From: Bugula neritina
Taxonomy: Eukaryota; Animalia; Bryozoa
Length of the DNA stretch: 64,000 nt
Assembly (NCBI GenBank): GCA_964035545.1
Contig: OZ037772.1
Location: 11,902,818-11,966,817 of the forward strand
Reading direction: 5' to 3'
Positions 39,887-53,198 of this stretch are shown here, one piece after another. Position numbers and translations under genes: made by a program. Under the pieces are notes generated by a model. That model made no database searches and was not told the DNA's origin. It saw only the letters and a program-made list of their open reading frames with translations. The first letter of the stretch is position 1. Each line of letters begins with the position of its first letter.

Positions 39887-40484
39887 ATATAATTTATATT
39901 ATATTCATGTACTAGCTGTCACACATTGTGACTTTTCATGTAATGTATTGTATAAAAGCTACGACATTACAGAAGGCAAGTGTTGCCATTCTTCTCAATT
40001 TCCTGATAATCATGATAAGCACCTCCTGGTTTGAGTGCTCACAATGACTAAAGTGCCACATTGCAGCTCTTAGTTATAGGAAGTATATCCTATATCCTAT
40101 GTCCTATGTCCTAGATCCTATGTCCTATATCCTATGTCCTATATAATGGGTATTTTATTGCGTTGCTGTGTGATAAACTGTCAAATAATTGCTATTATTT
40201 AAACTTTTTTGCCTCCCTAACTTGATAAAGCTATGCTTAGTAACTTCCATTACACAACAGTGATATTGAAATGTCACAATATGTTTTTTTTAGACACTTC
40301 TGGGTCAAAATGGAAAGTTACTTAAAAGGAGCCATTTCATTGGTTGTTGTATCTAATGGAAATAATTTGATTGGTTATTTAATTCATAACATCATCAATG
40401 TCAACCTATATAACATAAGTTGAACAGTTCTGATGCAGTAATCATAATTACTATCATATCTACTGGAGCTCCCTGAAGAGAACA

Positions 40485-41995
40485 ATGAAGTGCTTCCTGC
40501 TTCTAACCGTTTTAACTCTGACGCTGATTTGTCACTCGGAGAGTTTGAGTTGTGCTCCTTGTAGCACCTTCTCCCTGGGACCTGATGGACCTGTAGAGGT
40601 TGGTACAGTGTCTGGTATTTTCTGCTTTACCGTAATTTCTATAACTAAACTTATTCAGGGTTAGCGGGTCTCTTCACTGTTGATACTCTCTTGTCTCTAA
40701 GAAATATATTTAGTTGTTTTGATTCTCGAATCCTGCAGTGGTTTATTAATGCAGAAGCTATACGCGTTACTGTCTAACATATTTTTTATATATGGCAGAC
40801 AGTTACAATACTGCTTGTATAAGTAAGTAGTTTGGGAATTTGACACTAACTACTTGATAGAATATGGGAGATATTCACTAAAATTAGACAAAAATAGCAG
40901 CTTAACGATGCAATTATTATTCAAATATAAGGAAAGTTTTCTAGATTTTGACGATATGCCAAGTGAAAACAACTGCTTCACTACTGTGAAGTAGCTAGGA
41001 GCTAATCTACTTTAGTGTTATAATATGCTATAGTATACCTTAGTGTTATATTCTACAGTATGCTGCAGTGTTATATGCTATAGTATACTGCAGTGTTATA
41101 TGCTATAGTATGCTGCAGTGTTATATGCTATAGTATACTGCAGTGTTATATGCTGTATAGTATACTGCAGTGTTATATGCTATAGTATACTGTAGTGTTA
41201 TATGCTATAGTACACTGCAGTTGTTATATGCTGCTTTCTATCAATGAACTTTGAACTCTACAGGTACACGTCAGCTGCCCACCGATTCCTGCCGACTGCA
41301 AACACACAACTCTCGCCCCCTGCGGCTGCTGTAAGACATGTGCCAAGAAACACGGAGAAAGTTGTGACTTTGTGTGAGTATCTCAACCAATCAGCTTCCG
41401 TCTTACAATCATGTCTCTTCCATTTCCAAATAGTCCTATAAGCAGTAAACTAAGAAAACTAGACAGAACTTAGCTAAGAGACATAACTGTACTTTAGATA
41501 AAGTGTTAGTTGTTAAGATGAGTTATTATTACTTTCACTGCTTTATACACAAAACTATATTTTCATAAATGATGTTTTATTAAAGTTGCTTTACACTATA
41601 TATTGTGGTCATATTCTACAGTCAACTATCTTACATAATAGTACCCTAACTGCTTGAAAGTCTCAGCAATTAATGTGGTTACATTAAATAGTTTGTGTTG
41701 CTTTCATAAAATAATTGAGCATCTTGCATTGAAATAAAGTCTTTCATAAATTGTATTACTAAAGTTGAAGTTATGCCCCTATAATAAGCCTTTAATATAT
41801 ACAATGGTACAGCACGGATGGAGACGGTAAGATTTCACCCGTAAGGTAGAAGATATAATCACTCAGAATACTGTCTATAACCTTGCTTTGTATTGCAGGG
41901 AATGTGAGCCGGGCCTAGTGTGTGTCAAACCAAACGGGTATTCGTTCTTTGGGAACGTCTGCATGTACCCCCGTCTATATAAACAGTCTTCATGA
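40485..41995 (+). CDS. Secreted single IGFBP N-terminal-domain protein (SIBD/perlustrin/venom-protein-302-like), 106 aa
   Basis: Exons 40485-40598 (MKCFLLLTVLTLTLICHSES-LSCAPC...), 41264-41373 (SCPPIPADCKHTTLAPCGCCKTCAKKHGESCDF), 41899-41995 (ECEPGLVCVKPNGYSFFGNVCMYPRLYKQSS*). Signal peptide, CGCCxxC signature and 12 cysteines in the mature part. Confidence 0.9.
41030..41232. repeat. Intronic minisatellite, ~25-bp unit
   Basis: tatgctatagtatactgcagtgtta tandem copies. Confidence 0.85.
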
Positions 41996-43360
41996 TGTGA
42001 CAGACTCCAGCACGTGCTCCTCAGTACTGTCAAAGTATCCACTTTTCGGACTGAGCAAACTCTTTAAATACATTGGAATTTTGGCTTTTTTATCTATTAG
42101 TTGTTGACTTTTTCTGTGAAAAACCTGAAACATAATGGTAGTGTCACCGCGCAGTTATATACTTGTTTGGGGTTATAAATAAAAACACTCAACTTTGCCA
42201 AGTTTGTTTTATTATGCTGGGCTGTAATCAAGTTAATATTGATGAGGCTAATTTTACTAGTATAAGAATAATAATAATAATAATATTAATTATGCAGAAA
42301 TTGGTACTGCTATATTTTGCTTTGTGCTATATGATATACTGCATACCATAGTATACAATGCGCTATACTATACTTCATTGCACTACATGCTATAGTATAT
42401 ACGATGTGCTATGCTATACTCCATTGCACTACATGCTATAGTATATACAATGTGCTATTCTATACTTCATTGCACTACATACTATAGTATATATGATGTG
42501 CTATGCTTTACTTCATTGCACTACATACTATAGCGAGAAGCATGCTTTCCTGAATCCAATAATATTTGAGCTGACACAATTAATAGAGAATGTTTAGGAG
42601 GCTGTAAGAGGCCAGAAATTCATAAAATTTATATTGTGCCGACCTTTTCCTATTGCTAGATGATAGCACATACTATAATATAACTACAGGCTCCGGTACT
42701 AAGCAACTTCAGACTTGCATATTATGTTGCAGCAGTTGCCTGTATTCTAGCAATCTGTCAACACATCTGTTTATACTGCTGACCATCATTATATCTCCAA
42801 GGATCACGTAAGGTACAGGTACATTGCTTTGTTTCTAGCTATTAGAATTTAGATACACAAGTATTTCACCATTTAGATGTTATGCTTCGATAGTTTTGCA
42901 TATAAGTGGTATGTTAATTCTACAAATACTGCAAATAAAGGCAGTTGTACAGCATTTTCTCTAGGGTAGGATAGGGGGATAGGATTATTTTGTAAGCACT
43001 GCCAGCTATGTTCATATAGTTCATATCATGCTGCTAAACGTATTTTTACTGTGATAGATTCAATGACCTAATTATTTACTATGTAATTTTGAATATTTAG
43101 GGTTTGTCTCCCCATACATTTATTTAATTTAGGCATAACATTATTATTATTGAACTATATAACTTTATATATGTATAAAAACAATTTGAAACTTGAATTA
43201 ATTTTATAAAATTGATAAATAATAAATGATAATTGATATTCTTATATGAATAAGACTATTTTAGAATTTACACACTTTTATTCACACTTTTTTGATTTGA
43301 CTAGTCACTAGTGAAAGTGGTTGCTAGCACATGATAGTAGGAGCATTACATGTCAAATTA

Positions 43361-43704
43361 GCCTAGGGCCACACGGCGCGTATTTTCGCATGCGAAAATT
43401 GAAATCACAAGTAGCAAAGGTGTCCACTGTGCGCGTTGAGAAAACATTCGCACTTGTCGCTCTGCATTTTCAACGCAAGTGCGAATCGTCTCTGTTGTCG
43501 TCACCTAATTGGCTGGTAGTTATTAAGCGAGCCCAATTTCTTTATTTTAGTGCTAAATTCCAGTTAATTGCGTTTTATTGAAAGCGAGTGCGATTTAAAA
43601 ATGAAAGCTTTATTTATCACGCATCACTGACGCTACAGTGGACACCTTTGCTACCCATGATTTTAATTTTCGCATGCGAAAATACGCACAGTGTGGCCCT
43701 AGGC
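43361..43704. mobile_element. PIF/Harbinger-type MITE (344 bp)
   Basis: ~70-bp imperfect TIRs (gcctagggccacac...gtgtggccctaggc) flanked by TTA on both sides. Confidence 0.85.
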
Positions 43705-44123
43705 TTACTGATTTACATTTTTTTTGTAGAGTTGTCTCCCCATGTAAGGCAACTCTACAATACTATGAAAACAATGTCAAGTGTACATAAAATAGGCAAA
43801 TTGTAGAAATGGTGTGTGATGTATATGTGACAGTTGCAGGTAATTGTATGACTAGCAATAAATATGTTGTCTAGCTCATTGGCACCCCCTGTTCCCTTCC
43901 TTTCCCCCTCGGACCTCTACATGCCTTATTATGTGCACCACATTCTATTCATTATATTCGTTTTCACAATTATTTTTAGAGCACTTTGTAGAGTAATTCC
44001 TCATGAGAAGACAACTCATCTGCCTTTTTAATTTCTGCAGATGTGAGACTAGCTATAGAGATGAATTTGCTAAGATATGAAAAAATCAACAGCAAAGAGT
44101 TTTGCAAAATGCTACCATATTAA

Positions 44124-44172
44124 GCCTAGGGCCACACGGTGGACACCTTTGCTACTTGTGATTGCCCTAGGC
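44124..44172. mobile_element. 49-bp minimal derivative of the same MITE
   Basis: gcctagggccacacggtggacacctttgctacttgtgattgccctaggc flanked by taa/tta. Confidence 0.7.
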
Positions 44173-45144
44173 TTAGTGAAAGAAAATGAAAGCAGCTATT
44201 CAATGAGAATATATTGTGTATATATCATAGTTTTCAGCCTTAAATTTTGGTCGGCCCATAATATTATATCAGTGCAAATACTGTTAGTCAACCAACTTTC
44301 AACTCACACGTCTCAACAAGAGCAGGTCTGTTAGTAAACTTTCAACATGTATGCTCACTGCAACACAAGCCTCAGCTAAACTGGATCATATCTCAAAGTT
44401 TTATAATATATTCCTCAAGTGTTTTTGTTTATAGCTACTCCACACAATCTTTTTGTCACATTTAGCTGCGCTACACAATGCAACGTATTTCCGTCACACT
44501 TATTCTTTTAAAAGTGCTTTGCAAATTATTTGTTACTAACTTTTAGATATCTTTCAAGATTTTTGCTAATTTGATGTTATACTTTTGCATATTTTATAAG
44601 TTTAACAGATAAAAGCACATAAATTGTAAAAACAGACATATTAAGCAAAATTCAGTTTTCTTTCAAAGTTACAGAATATAGAAGTTGAATCCTCTCATAT
44701 AACTGAACAAAAGCAGTTGGGTCCACTCGTGCAGCTCAACGCTACACAATAAACACAAAATTTTGAAATTAGGATTTGTCTCCCCATACATTAATTTCAA
44801 ATTGAAAAAACAACATTTTAAAAGAACTGGACATAATTTAAACAAGAAATTAAATAATAGGTTTTGATTTGTTTTCAAATTAATTGAAATAATATATGAA
44901 ACAAGGTTTTGCATTTTACAAAAAGCTATTTTGGTAGTATCACACCTATGATTTATATGATTTTTTATTTCAGTAATGACCAATTTACCTTTATCACCAC
45001 ATAGGGTTGCTACTAGTACGCAAGTAAAGGCGTTGGAGTTAACCAATGAATCTGTTGCTGCTTCATAACAGGAGTTTGAGTCAGCAGCTCAGACGATCTG
45101 GTTAAAATATGCCTTAGCACTTGGGTGCTAACAAATGCAACTGT

Positions 45145-45855
45145 GCCTGGTTCACCGGGCTTGCCTGGTTCACCGGGCTTGCCTGGTTCACCGGGCTTGC
45201 CTGGTTCACCGGGCTTGCCTGGTTCACCGGGCTTGCCTGGTTCACCGGGCTTGCCTGGTTCACCGGGCTTGCCTGGTTCACCGGGCTTGCCTGGTTCACC
45301 GGGCTTGCCTGGTTCACCGGGCTTGCCTGGTTCACCGGGCTTGCCTGGTTCACCGGGCTTGCCTGGTTCACCGGGCTTGCCTGGTTCACCGGGCTTGCCT
45401 GGTTCACCGGGCTTGCCTGGTTCACCGGGCTTGCCTGGTTCACCGGGCTTGCCTGGTTCACCGGGCTTGCCTGGTTCACCGGGCTTGCCTGGTTCACCGG
45501 GCTTGCCTGGTTCACCGGGCTTGCCTGGTTCACCGGGCTTGCCTGGTTCACCGGGCTTGCCTGGTTCACCGGGCTTGCCTGGTTCACCGGGCTTGCCTGG
45601 TTCACCGGGCTTGCCTGGTTCACCGGGCTTGCCTGGTTCACCGGGCTTGCCTGGTTCACCGGGCTTGCCTGGTTCACCGGGCTTGCCTGGTTCACCGGGC
45701 TTGCCTGGTTCACCGGGCTTGCCTGGTTCACCGGGCTTGCCTGGTTCACCGGGCTTGCCTGGTTCACCGGGCTTGCCTGGTTCACCGGGCTTGCCTGGTT
45801 CACCGGGCTTGCCTGGTTCACCGGGCTTGCCTGGTTCACCGGGCTTGCCTGGTTC
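45145..45855. repeat. Perfect 18-bp GC-rich minisatellite (gcctggttcaccgggctt), about 39.5 copies
   Basis: No visible variant units; generates long repetitive ORFs on both strands. Confidence 0.97.
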
Positions 45856-45990
45856 CCTAGACTTTACCAAATAACTAATCCAATAGCATTCAAATTGCCT
45901 CAATTTATCTGCTACATCCTGCAGCTCACTACTTGCCAAAATAATTTTCTAGCTACCAAATTCTAGATCTAGAATGCTGAAAATATTTCC

Positions 45991-46589
45991 TAGTTTCCAA
46001 ACTTTAGTTTTGGAGTTGTGTCCCCGTTTTGCTGAAACGCAGTGAAATATCGGAAAATTGAATTTTTGCTAGGCTGTGGAGTTGTTCCCTCGATTTTTCC
46101 TACAAAAAAGAAATGTTTTGCACTTCCTTGCCTAGGCACCTTACCATTCCTAACAAATTTCTACAAAAAAATCCTCTTTTGTAGGACAAAAATAAAAAAT
46201 GGCACCTCCAGTGCACCAATTTCACACAGAATCCTCTAAAACGGCTCAAAAGCTGCAAAAAGTAACAAATTGATGCCAGTAGAACCGTACATTTTAGTTC
46301 TGAAAGGTTTCTGCGTAGCCAGACCCATAAGCACATCGCTGTGAGTAGTTTACAAGGCAACTGAATGCAGGTTTCACCATTTTAGGTCTGAATGGTTCTT
46401 TTTACTCATTTTATCACCAAATAGACCCTTATTCTGTGGAGTTGTTGCCTCGATTTTTTCTAAAAAGGGAGTTTTTGTAGAAAAAATCGAGGCAACAACT
46501 CCACAGCCTAGCAAAAATTCAATTTTCCGATATTTCACTGCGTTTCAGCAAAACGGGGACACAACTCCAAAACTAAAGTTTGGAAACTA
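45991..46589. mobile_element. Foldback/MITE-like segment with ~118-bp near-perfect inverted repeats
   Basis: 45991-46108 is the reverse complement of ~46472-46589; a diverged second copy of the internal sequence lies at ~47410-47870. Confidence 0.75.
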
Positions 46590-49500
46590 CAGCAAAAACT
46601 CCAATTCCTTACTTAATATTTTAATCAGAACACAATTCCGGCATCTAAAATTTAGAAACCAGCAAAATTTGTTTTGCTGTTAGCTGGGGATTTGGTTTCT
46701 TAATGTATATTTTACTTCTTTTTTTAACTTCGGACAGTTGGAGAGACCAGCTAATTCCGGAGGACTACCGGACATAGCACTTGTTGGGCACAAGGCATGG
46801 TCTCTTAACAGGTTCTAGAACTATCTATGTGCACAAAGCACTCGATTAGTTCAGGGCACCTGGTAGCACCCCTGCATATGCTCACAGGTATAGCCTGACC
46901 TGCTGGTGTGAACTAGCTACCCAGCTTACACATACCATTCAGACAAGATAGATGTATGTATTTACAGCCTGTTTACATGCACTGTACTTAGTACACTCTG
47001 TATCACCATTTGTGTACTGGTCACTACTAACATAATTGAAACATATAAATTTTAGGTGTCTTAATTTTAAAATAGCCGTTTTCATTGAAAATACTTATTC
47101 AATACATTATTTTAATTGATTTATAAGCAAGTAGAGTCATTTAAATTTATTGCTTCTATTTATTTTATTTACTGCAGCTTATAAAATAATGTTTTGCCAA
47201 TTTAAAATTGATGTATGGGGAGACAAACCCAAATTTTCCAATGCTATACTCATTGAACTATAGTTTCAGTTCAGTGGTTGTACTTATACAATTAAGCACA
47301 ATTAATAAAAGCTGGGAAATCAATCACAACAAGACTATCAAAATTACTGAGTTATTTTATAACTTTTGTTCCCTCAATTTTTTTACAAAAAATGATTCTT
47401 TTGCAAAAATAGCACTTCCTTTCTAGGCACTCTACCATTTCTACTTTTCCTGCGAAAAAGCAGTTTTTTCGCAAAAAAAATGAACCTTCCTTGCCCAGGC
47501 AACTCACCATTCCAAGCAAAATTCTACAAAAAATGTGCACTAATTTCACACAAAATGCTCATAGTTTACAAAAAGCACCAAATTGAGGGCAGTAGAACAG
47601 TACATTTCAGTTCTGGAAGGTTTCTGCGTAGCCAGACCCGTAGGCACAAAGCATATCAAGAATGCATTCTTCATCGCTTTGAATAGTTTACAAAGCAGCT
47701 GAATGCATTTTATTGCGAAATAGACCCTTTCTTCGGAACTGGTGCGATTTTTGTGAAATAAGTCTTTGTTTGAGAAAAATAGAGGAAACACAACTCCACA
47801 GCCTACATTTTAATCCAAATTTTTGATAATTTACTGCAAAATAGCGAAATGAGGACACAACTCCAAATATTTGGGTGCTAGAAATTTTTTATTAGATCTG
47901 CTAGGTGCTGCAGGCAGTAGCCAAAAAGTAGGTGGGTTCCTAAGTATTTATTTTAAATTTAGTTTTCATATTTAATTTGATAATACTACAATAATAGTTT
48001 CAAATAAACTTAAATTACTAGGTAGGCCCAGAAGACTGGCAAGCTCGAGAACCAAGTCTTGGGAAAGTGCTACTACTTTATGCAGTTGGTAAAGCATGGT
48101 GCATACCCAACCGCATCTGTATTTTTCAAGGGCGCACTTTGACAGGCTTAGAGCACGTGCTAGCACTCCTGTCCCTGCGCCCAGGCAAGATCTGCCTTCG
48201 GATATTTTAAACTGCTGCAGTTTACTGAGCTTGCACACAGCATTTGATATCTACAACAACATACGTACAGGTTATGTGCAACCCGATCAGAGTTGGTCAT
48301 TACTGAAATAATTGAAATATATAAATTTCAGGTGTGTTGTTTTTAAATAGCTTTTGTTATCAAAGATACTTGTTCAATATATTATTTTAATTGATATAAA
48401 AGCGAGTAAAGTGTTTTAAAATTACTTTTTCTGCTAATTTCCTTTTGCAGCTTATAAAATATTGTTTATTTGCCAATTTAAAATTAATGCATGGGGAGAC
48501 AAACCCTAACTTTTCAATTTTGTAGTTGTTCAATAAAGCACAAAAAGCAAAGGTGGTAAATCAACCTCAGTAAAACTGCCAAAATTACTGGGTTATGTTA
48601 TAAGTTCACGTTTGACCCATGTGTCATTTTCCCACTTTGAAATGATATTTATACCTCATTATTTTGACAGAAACACACCCTTCGGCCTTTTTCAAAGCTG
48701 TGAACTTTATTTATAAGTATGCATCGCTTCTGCAAAATAGATGAATTGAACTATAACATTAATATAACAACAAACTTGTGTATCTTATAATTACAAAAAA
48801 GGACCACCTGAACATGTTAGGTAATATCTTGAGTTACGTTTAGATTTGCTTGTGGTTTGTGCTGAATTAAAAAAGCAGGCTAGGAACAATTTGCCGTAAC
48901 ATGCAAACATTGAGTTTTTCGGGTTATCATAGTGTGTACTACAAGCTAATAAATGAAATATAAATGAGTTTCATAGATTCAACATAAGTGAGTTTATTTG
49001 GTAGAGTATTATATTGCAATGGACAAAATTACAGGAAACTGTTGGGGGGAAAAGAAAAAGGTCATGGCTGAAATTTAGTCAATCAAATTAATATAAGAGC
49101 CCAATTCTCAAATAATATGAAGAGAATAGATGGTGACCTAAAATCACATCAACAAATTTCTTTTGCAGTTGTTGATAAGTGACTTTAGACTGTTAAAAAT
49201 AAAATATATCATTTCTTTACAAATGTTTGCTTACAATAACTCATGTAGAATAATGCAGCGAAAATCTAATATAGCTGTAATAGATTTTAATGTTATATTT
49301 TTTTCAATAAACTGTTGTTTGCTTTTTTAGACACAAAATAATGATAATGGATATTGTTTTCTTGTGGGGGTTTGCCAACTTTTGCAGAAAATATTTTCAG
49401 TTTTTGAGTACATTAATTCAGAAAATGTAGCTGCAGCACTTTTGTGTCCACTTTTCAGTATTTTAATGCAATGGCAATAGAGAACTGCCCGTTCTGAGCA

Positions 49501-50028
49501 GTAGGTAGGTATCCCATTGATAGGCTTTTGATGAAGGTCTTTGTCCACATACTTCCAGAAATCTCAACAGCCATTTTGAATGTAAATGTTTATTTGTATT
49601 ATGACAGTACCAGCAGTGACAGACACTGTCTAGACCGTAGGACAAGGGTGCGTCTTGCGACACTAAGTACGAGTCTACTAGATAACCTCAGCTGCATTAG
49701 TGAGTTGACTGAACAACTTAGTCTGATATTTACCTTTTATGATGAATCGTGTGAACGTAATCGTGTGTTTATTTTTTACACTCTGTGAGCTTGGACGTTG
49801 CATAGTAATAAGTATGATCGTAAATAAATGATAAAAGGTGTGTAAATAGATTTGATTGTAATACGTATTACAATTATTACAAATAACGCAGTTTTATTTT
49901 AAGATATTTTTGAAAAATATCATATTAATAAACAAATTATTTTAATTTCATTACTACTTATAAAACAATATTTTACAAAAATGCAAGACTAAGGGAGGCA
50001 AATCCTAAATAATGCACTTTTTCAACAT

Positions 50029-50200
50029 TGTATTTATAACACGCATATAGGTGTTTGGTATTATATGTATGGAATGCTTCACCCATTTCCTTACAATGAT
50101 ATCAGTGCGTTCTTAAATTTTGTGGCAATTACCATGTCAAAACATAATTTTATAACAATCCAACAAATAATATCTTGAAGATGCAATAAATTGTTGAAAA
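50029..50200 (-). pseudogene. Inverted relic of sulfotransferase exon 5 plus its upstream intron
   Basis: Reverse complement resembles 35240-35415 (gcactgatatc...ggaaatgggtgaagcat...aataccaaa); frame broken. Confidence 0.7.
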
Positions 50201-51718
50201 CTGTAGTGAATTATAAATATACATTTATTTATTAAACAATATTTCATATCATATAATGAAAATTAAACAAATTTGTTGTGTTATATTTAACATAAAGTCT
50301 ATGCATAAATGTTTTTACTATGATATACTCAAACAAACCGTCTACATGATTCCACCATCTATAAGGTAGGCATCAATAGCTTAATGTTGTCAATGTTGTT
50401 AATTTCAAAATTATAACAAATATTAAACACTAATTTGCTATTAAATAATAATGCAACCTAAAAAGTGTAACTTTGCAGCACATAATACAACTACAAATTA
50501 AAGCTCAATGTAAATATGTAAGGTATTACTCAAAGCTATAATTATATGACTCATCAGCAGTCATCAAAGTTATTATATAAAGCTGACAAATTCCACTCAA
50601 CAAGCAAGAGCTAGATGTACATTATATAACGACTCATTTAACAGGTGCAGGTAGAAGAGAACTCTAGTTATAGTAACTATATAGGGAAGGGGCTTTCAAT
50701 ATTTTAATATAATATGAAATATAACTTCAATGATGTAAACGTTCAGCGACCAAACGAAATAGATTGAATCTGTAGGCATGTGAATCCTGTAACATATGGT
50801 GAAGCAGTATTTTCTTGCTATGTTGGTTTACAAATGAAATTCATGAATGGTTTAACAAAGAATCTTGTTGAAAGATCAATTGAAACAAATAATAATTTTA
50901 ATGTATAATAAGTAACCCTCATATAAAACAGCGAAGCACCCAATCAAGTGAAGTATAATAGCAGAGAACCTAGGTGGAGTTAGAATAGCTAGTACTTGCA
51001 GGTGTGTTGAATACAATTTGGTTTTACATTATAATCCATTAGCTATTCAAATTTAGATGCATATATAACACAAAAACTCTATAGCTATACAACCGACATA
51101 CTTATTTTAAAGAACCATTATATGTAAATCGCTTTAGCTTATGTATAACGAGGCTGTATTATGAGCTGGTTATTTTGTTTAGCATACCACAACATTGCAA
51201 GAGTTGTCTGATCTAAGCAAATAGTTTCCTTTAGAAAACTACAAGGACAATAACTGGCTACAGTGAGTGTACTTTTTCCTATCTAAAGTAGACTATTATA
51301 ATAGGGTGACATCTGTCTGCTGCATGCAATCAACCTACCTGCCAGTACCTGTCAGTAACTGTCAGATACCCTGCAGCTTTTCAGTCATACGCATCGTTTT
51401 CTTATCACTTTTATACGCCTTTATTTTCTTGCACAATTTCATTCTGGCACTTCTCTTTACAGCTGCAAATTTTGTAAGTATAACTGAAGTTTACACAAAG
51501 AAAGTTTGGTATATTATCAGTATTGACTAGTCATATACCTTCATTTGTTAGGAGTAACAAAGTTTTAGCAGATTAATTGTAAAACTTACACTTTTTTAAA
51601 GCAAGAAGATAAATTTCACTCCTTATATTATTATAGCTTCTGATCAAAACTGTACTATATTATATATAAACTTCTTTCATTATATAATTATAGTGTATAT
51701 ATATATATAAATATATAA

Positions 51719-51778
<60 letters not shown>

Positions 51779-52544
51779 TTATATATTTATATGTATATGC
51801 ATGCAAGTTGGCCTAGTTTCTAGTTGTTCTACAGTATTATATCTATACATATATTATTCACTTTACAATTATGAGTGTGTACATACAGTAAAATATTTTT
51901 GAACTTGCGCATGAATGTTTTACTATTAGCAAATCTATGACCTAAAATTAGCAATATTTTGACCACATTATAATATATATGTCTTATTTTGAGAAAAAAT
52001 CCTTAATATTTTTAATTGATTCATGTTAGAATTGAGCGAAGGATTTTCCACACACTATTTTCACTCATTTTAATAGTATCAACATAAAGTATACTTTAAA
52101 CTAACAATTTGCTTCATATAACAAGTTTAATCAACATTGATACCATACTTTCAGATAGTTCAGATATTTAAACAGAGCATTGCATTTCAAGACTGAGTTT
52201 TAATAAAGTGTTTCTTTTAAATTAAAGTAAATTAATCTAATCTGCAAATTCTTGTTTAATTTATCATCATTATAGCATAAAACTTCGAAACCAATTAGTG
52301 ACATCGCTTTCTGACAATGACGGGGAAATTATTATGATCATGTTAGATACTTGAATTATTTTGTTTGAGTTCAACTAATTACTTAAAATGCTTTTGATAT
52401 CACAAAATTAGCGTTAGTTCTATTCACTTTCTATAATTATTCTATTAAAATCTGTCATCATTTAAATGGACAATTGGTAAAAACATTAAGCTGGTGCTCA
52501 GGTGACAAACTATATTAACTTTAGTTTGTATTTATTCTAGAGTG

Positions 52545-53198
52545 ATGGCATCAAATCAATTAAGTGAAACAGGAGAAATACTTAAACGTGCTAAGGCTAT
52601 AGATCATGTGCTAGTGGTGACCACGTTTGTTATACGGAACTATTGCAACAAAATCCTAACCGATGGTTTAGTCATACCAGAAAGCGGAAGAGTATCCGAT
52701 CCTCCCCCTAGTGTGATCGCCGAGGGAGCCACAGGCTATATGATTGCACACAAGACAAATTCATCATTGTTTGGATCTGCTGGGATTCTTTGTTACAACA
52801 TTTCAGAACAAAGAATCATGGCCATTAGATGGGAAGTAAGATATCCATCTCATTACAACACCCTCGTTGTTGGCATACTCCACAAAAGGTCTCGACCCAA
52901 CCCGAAAAACTTGAAACTAAAATACAAGTTGTTCCATGAAATGAATGTCAAGTCTTCAAACTCTACGTTTGTCAAAAAGGAGTATAACGACACTTGCGAG
53001 GCCATTTATTACCCGGGAGATGGTGTTGTGGTGGAGGCCTCCATGGGCATGACACGCCGACCTCTCATTGAGATTGCAGTCTACCCGAGACAAGTTGAGG
53101 ATCTTGCTGATAACTGGAAATCTAAAATCAGCCGAGCCCAACTCGAAAGCAACAATTCAAAAGCTGACGAGGCAGCAAAAGACAATGATGAAGTATAA
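52545..53198 (+). CDS. Actinoporin-like pore-forming protein (tereporin/conoporin/coluporin-like), 217 aa, no signal peptide
   Basis: Motifs IRNY..L, SG...PP..I..G, HKT....GSAGILCY, IRW....YNTLVVG and C-terminal extension MG....IEIAVYP...DLA. Single coding exon after the acceptor at 52540; probable non-coding exon ~51381-51472 (GTAAGT donor). Confidence 0.85.
   Translation: MASNQLSETGEILKRAKAIDHVLVVTTFVIRNYCNKILTDGLVIPESGRVSDPPPSVIAEGATGYMIAHKTNSSLFGSAGILCYNISEQRIMAIRWEVRYPSHYNTLVVGILHKRSRPNPKNLKLKYKLFHEMNVKSSNSTFVKKEYNDTCEAIYYPGDGVVVEASMGMTRRPLIEIAVYPRQVEDLADNWKSKISRAQLESNNSKADEAAKDNDEV

Noticed and set aside
41863-42124. Minus-strand exon bounded by apparent splice signals
   Set aside because: All three minus frames contain stops; the plus-strand IGFBP exon explains the sequence.
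45013-45966. Collagen gene (PGEPGK or PGSPGL repeats)
   Set aside because: Units are identical at nucleotide level with no synonymous variation, there is no signal peptide or collagen terminal domain, and the array lies inside a repeat nest.
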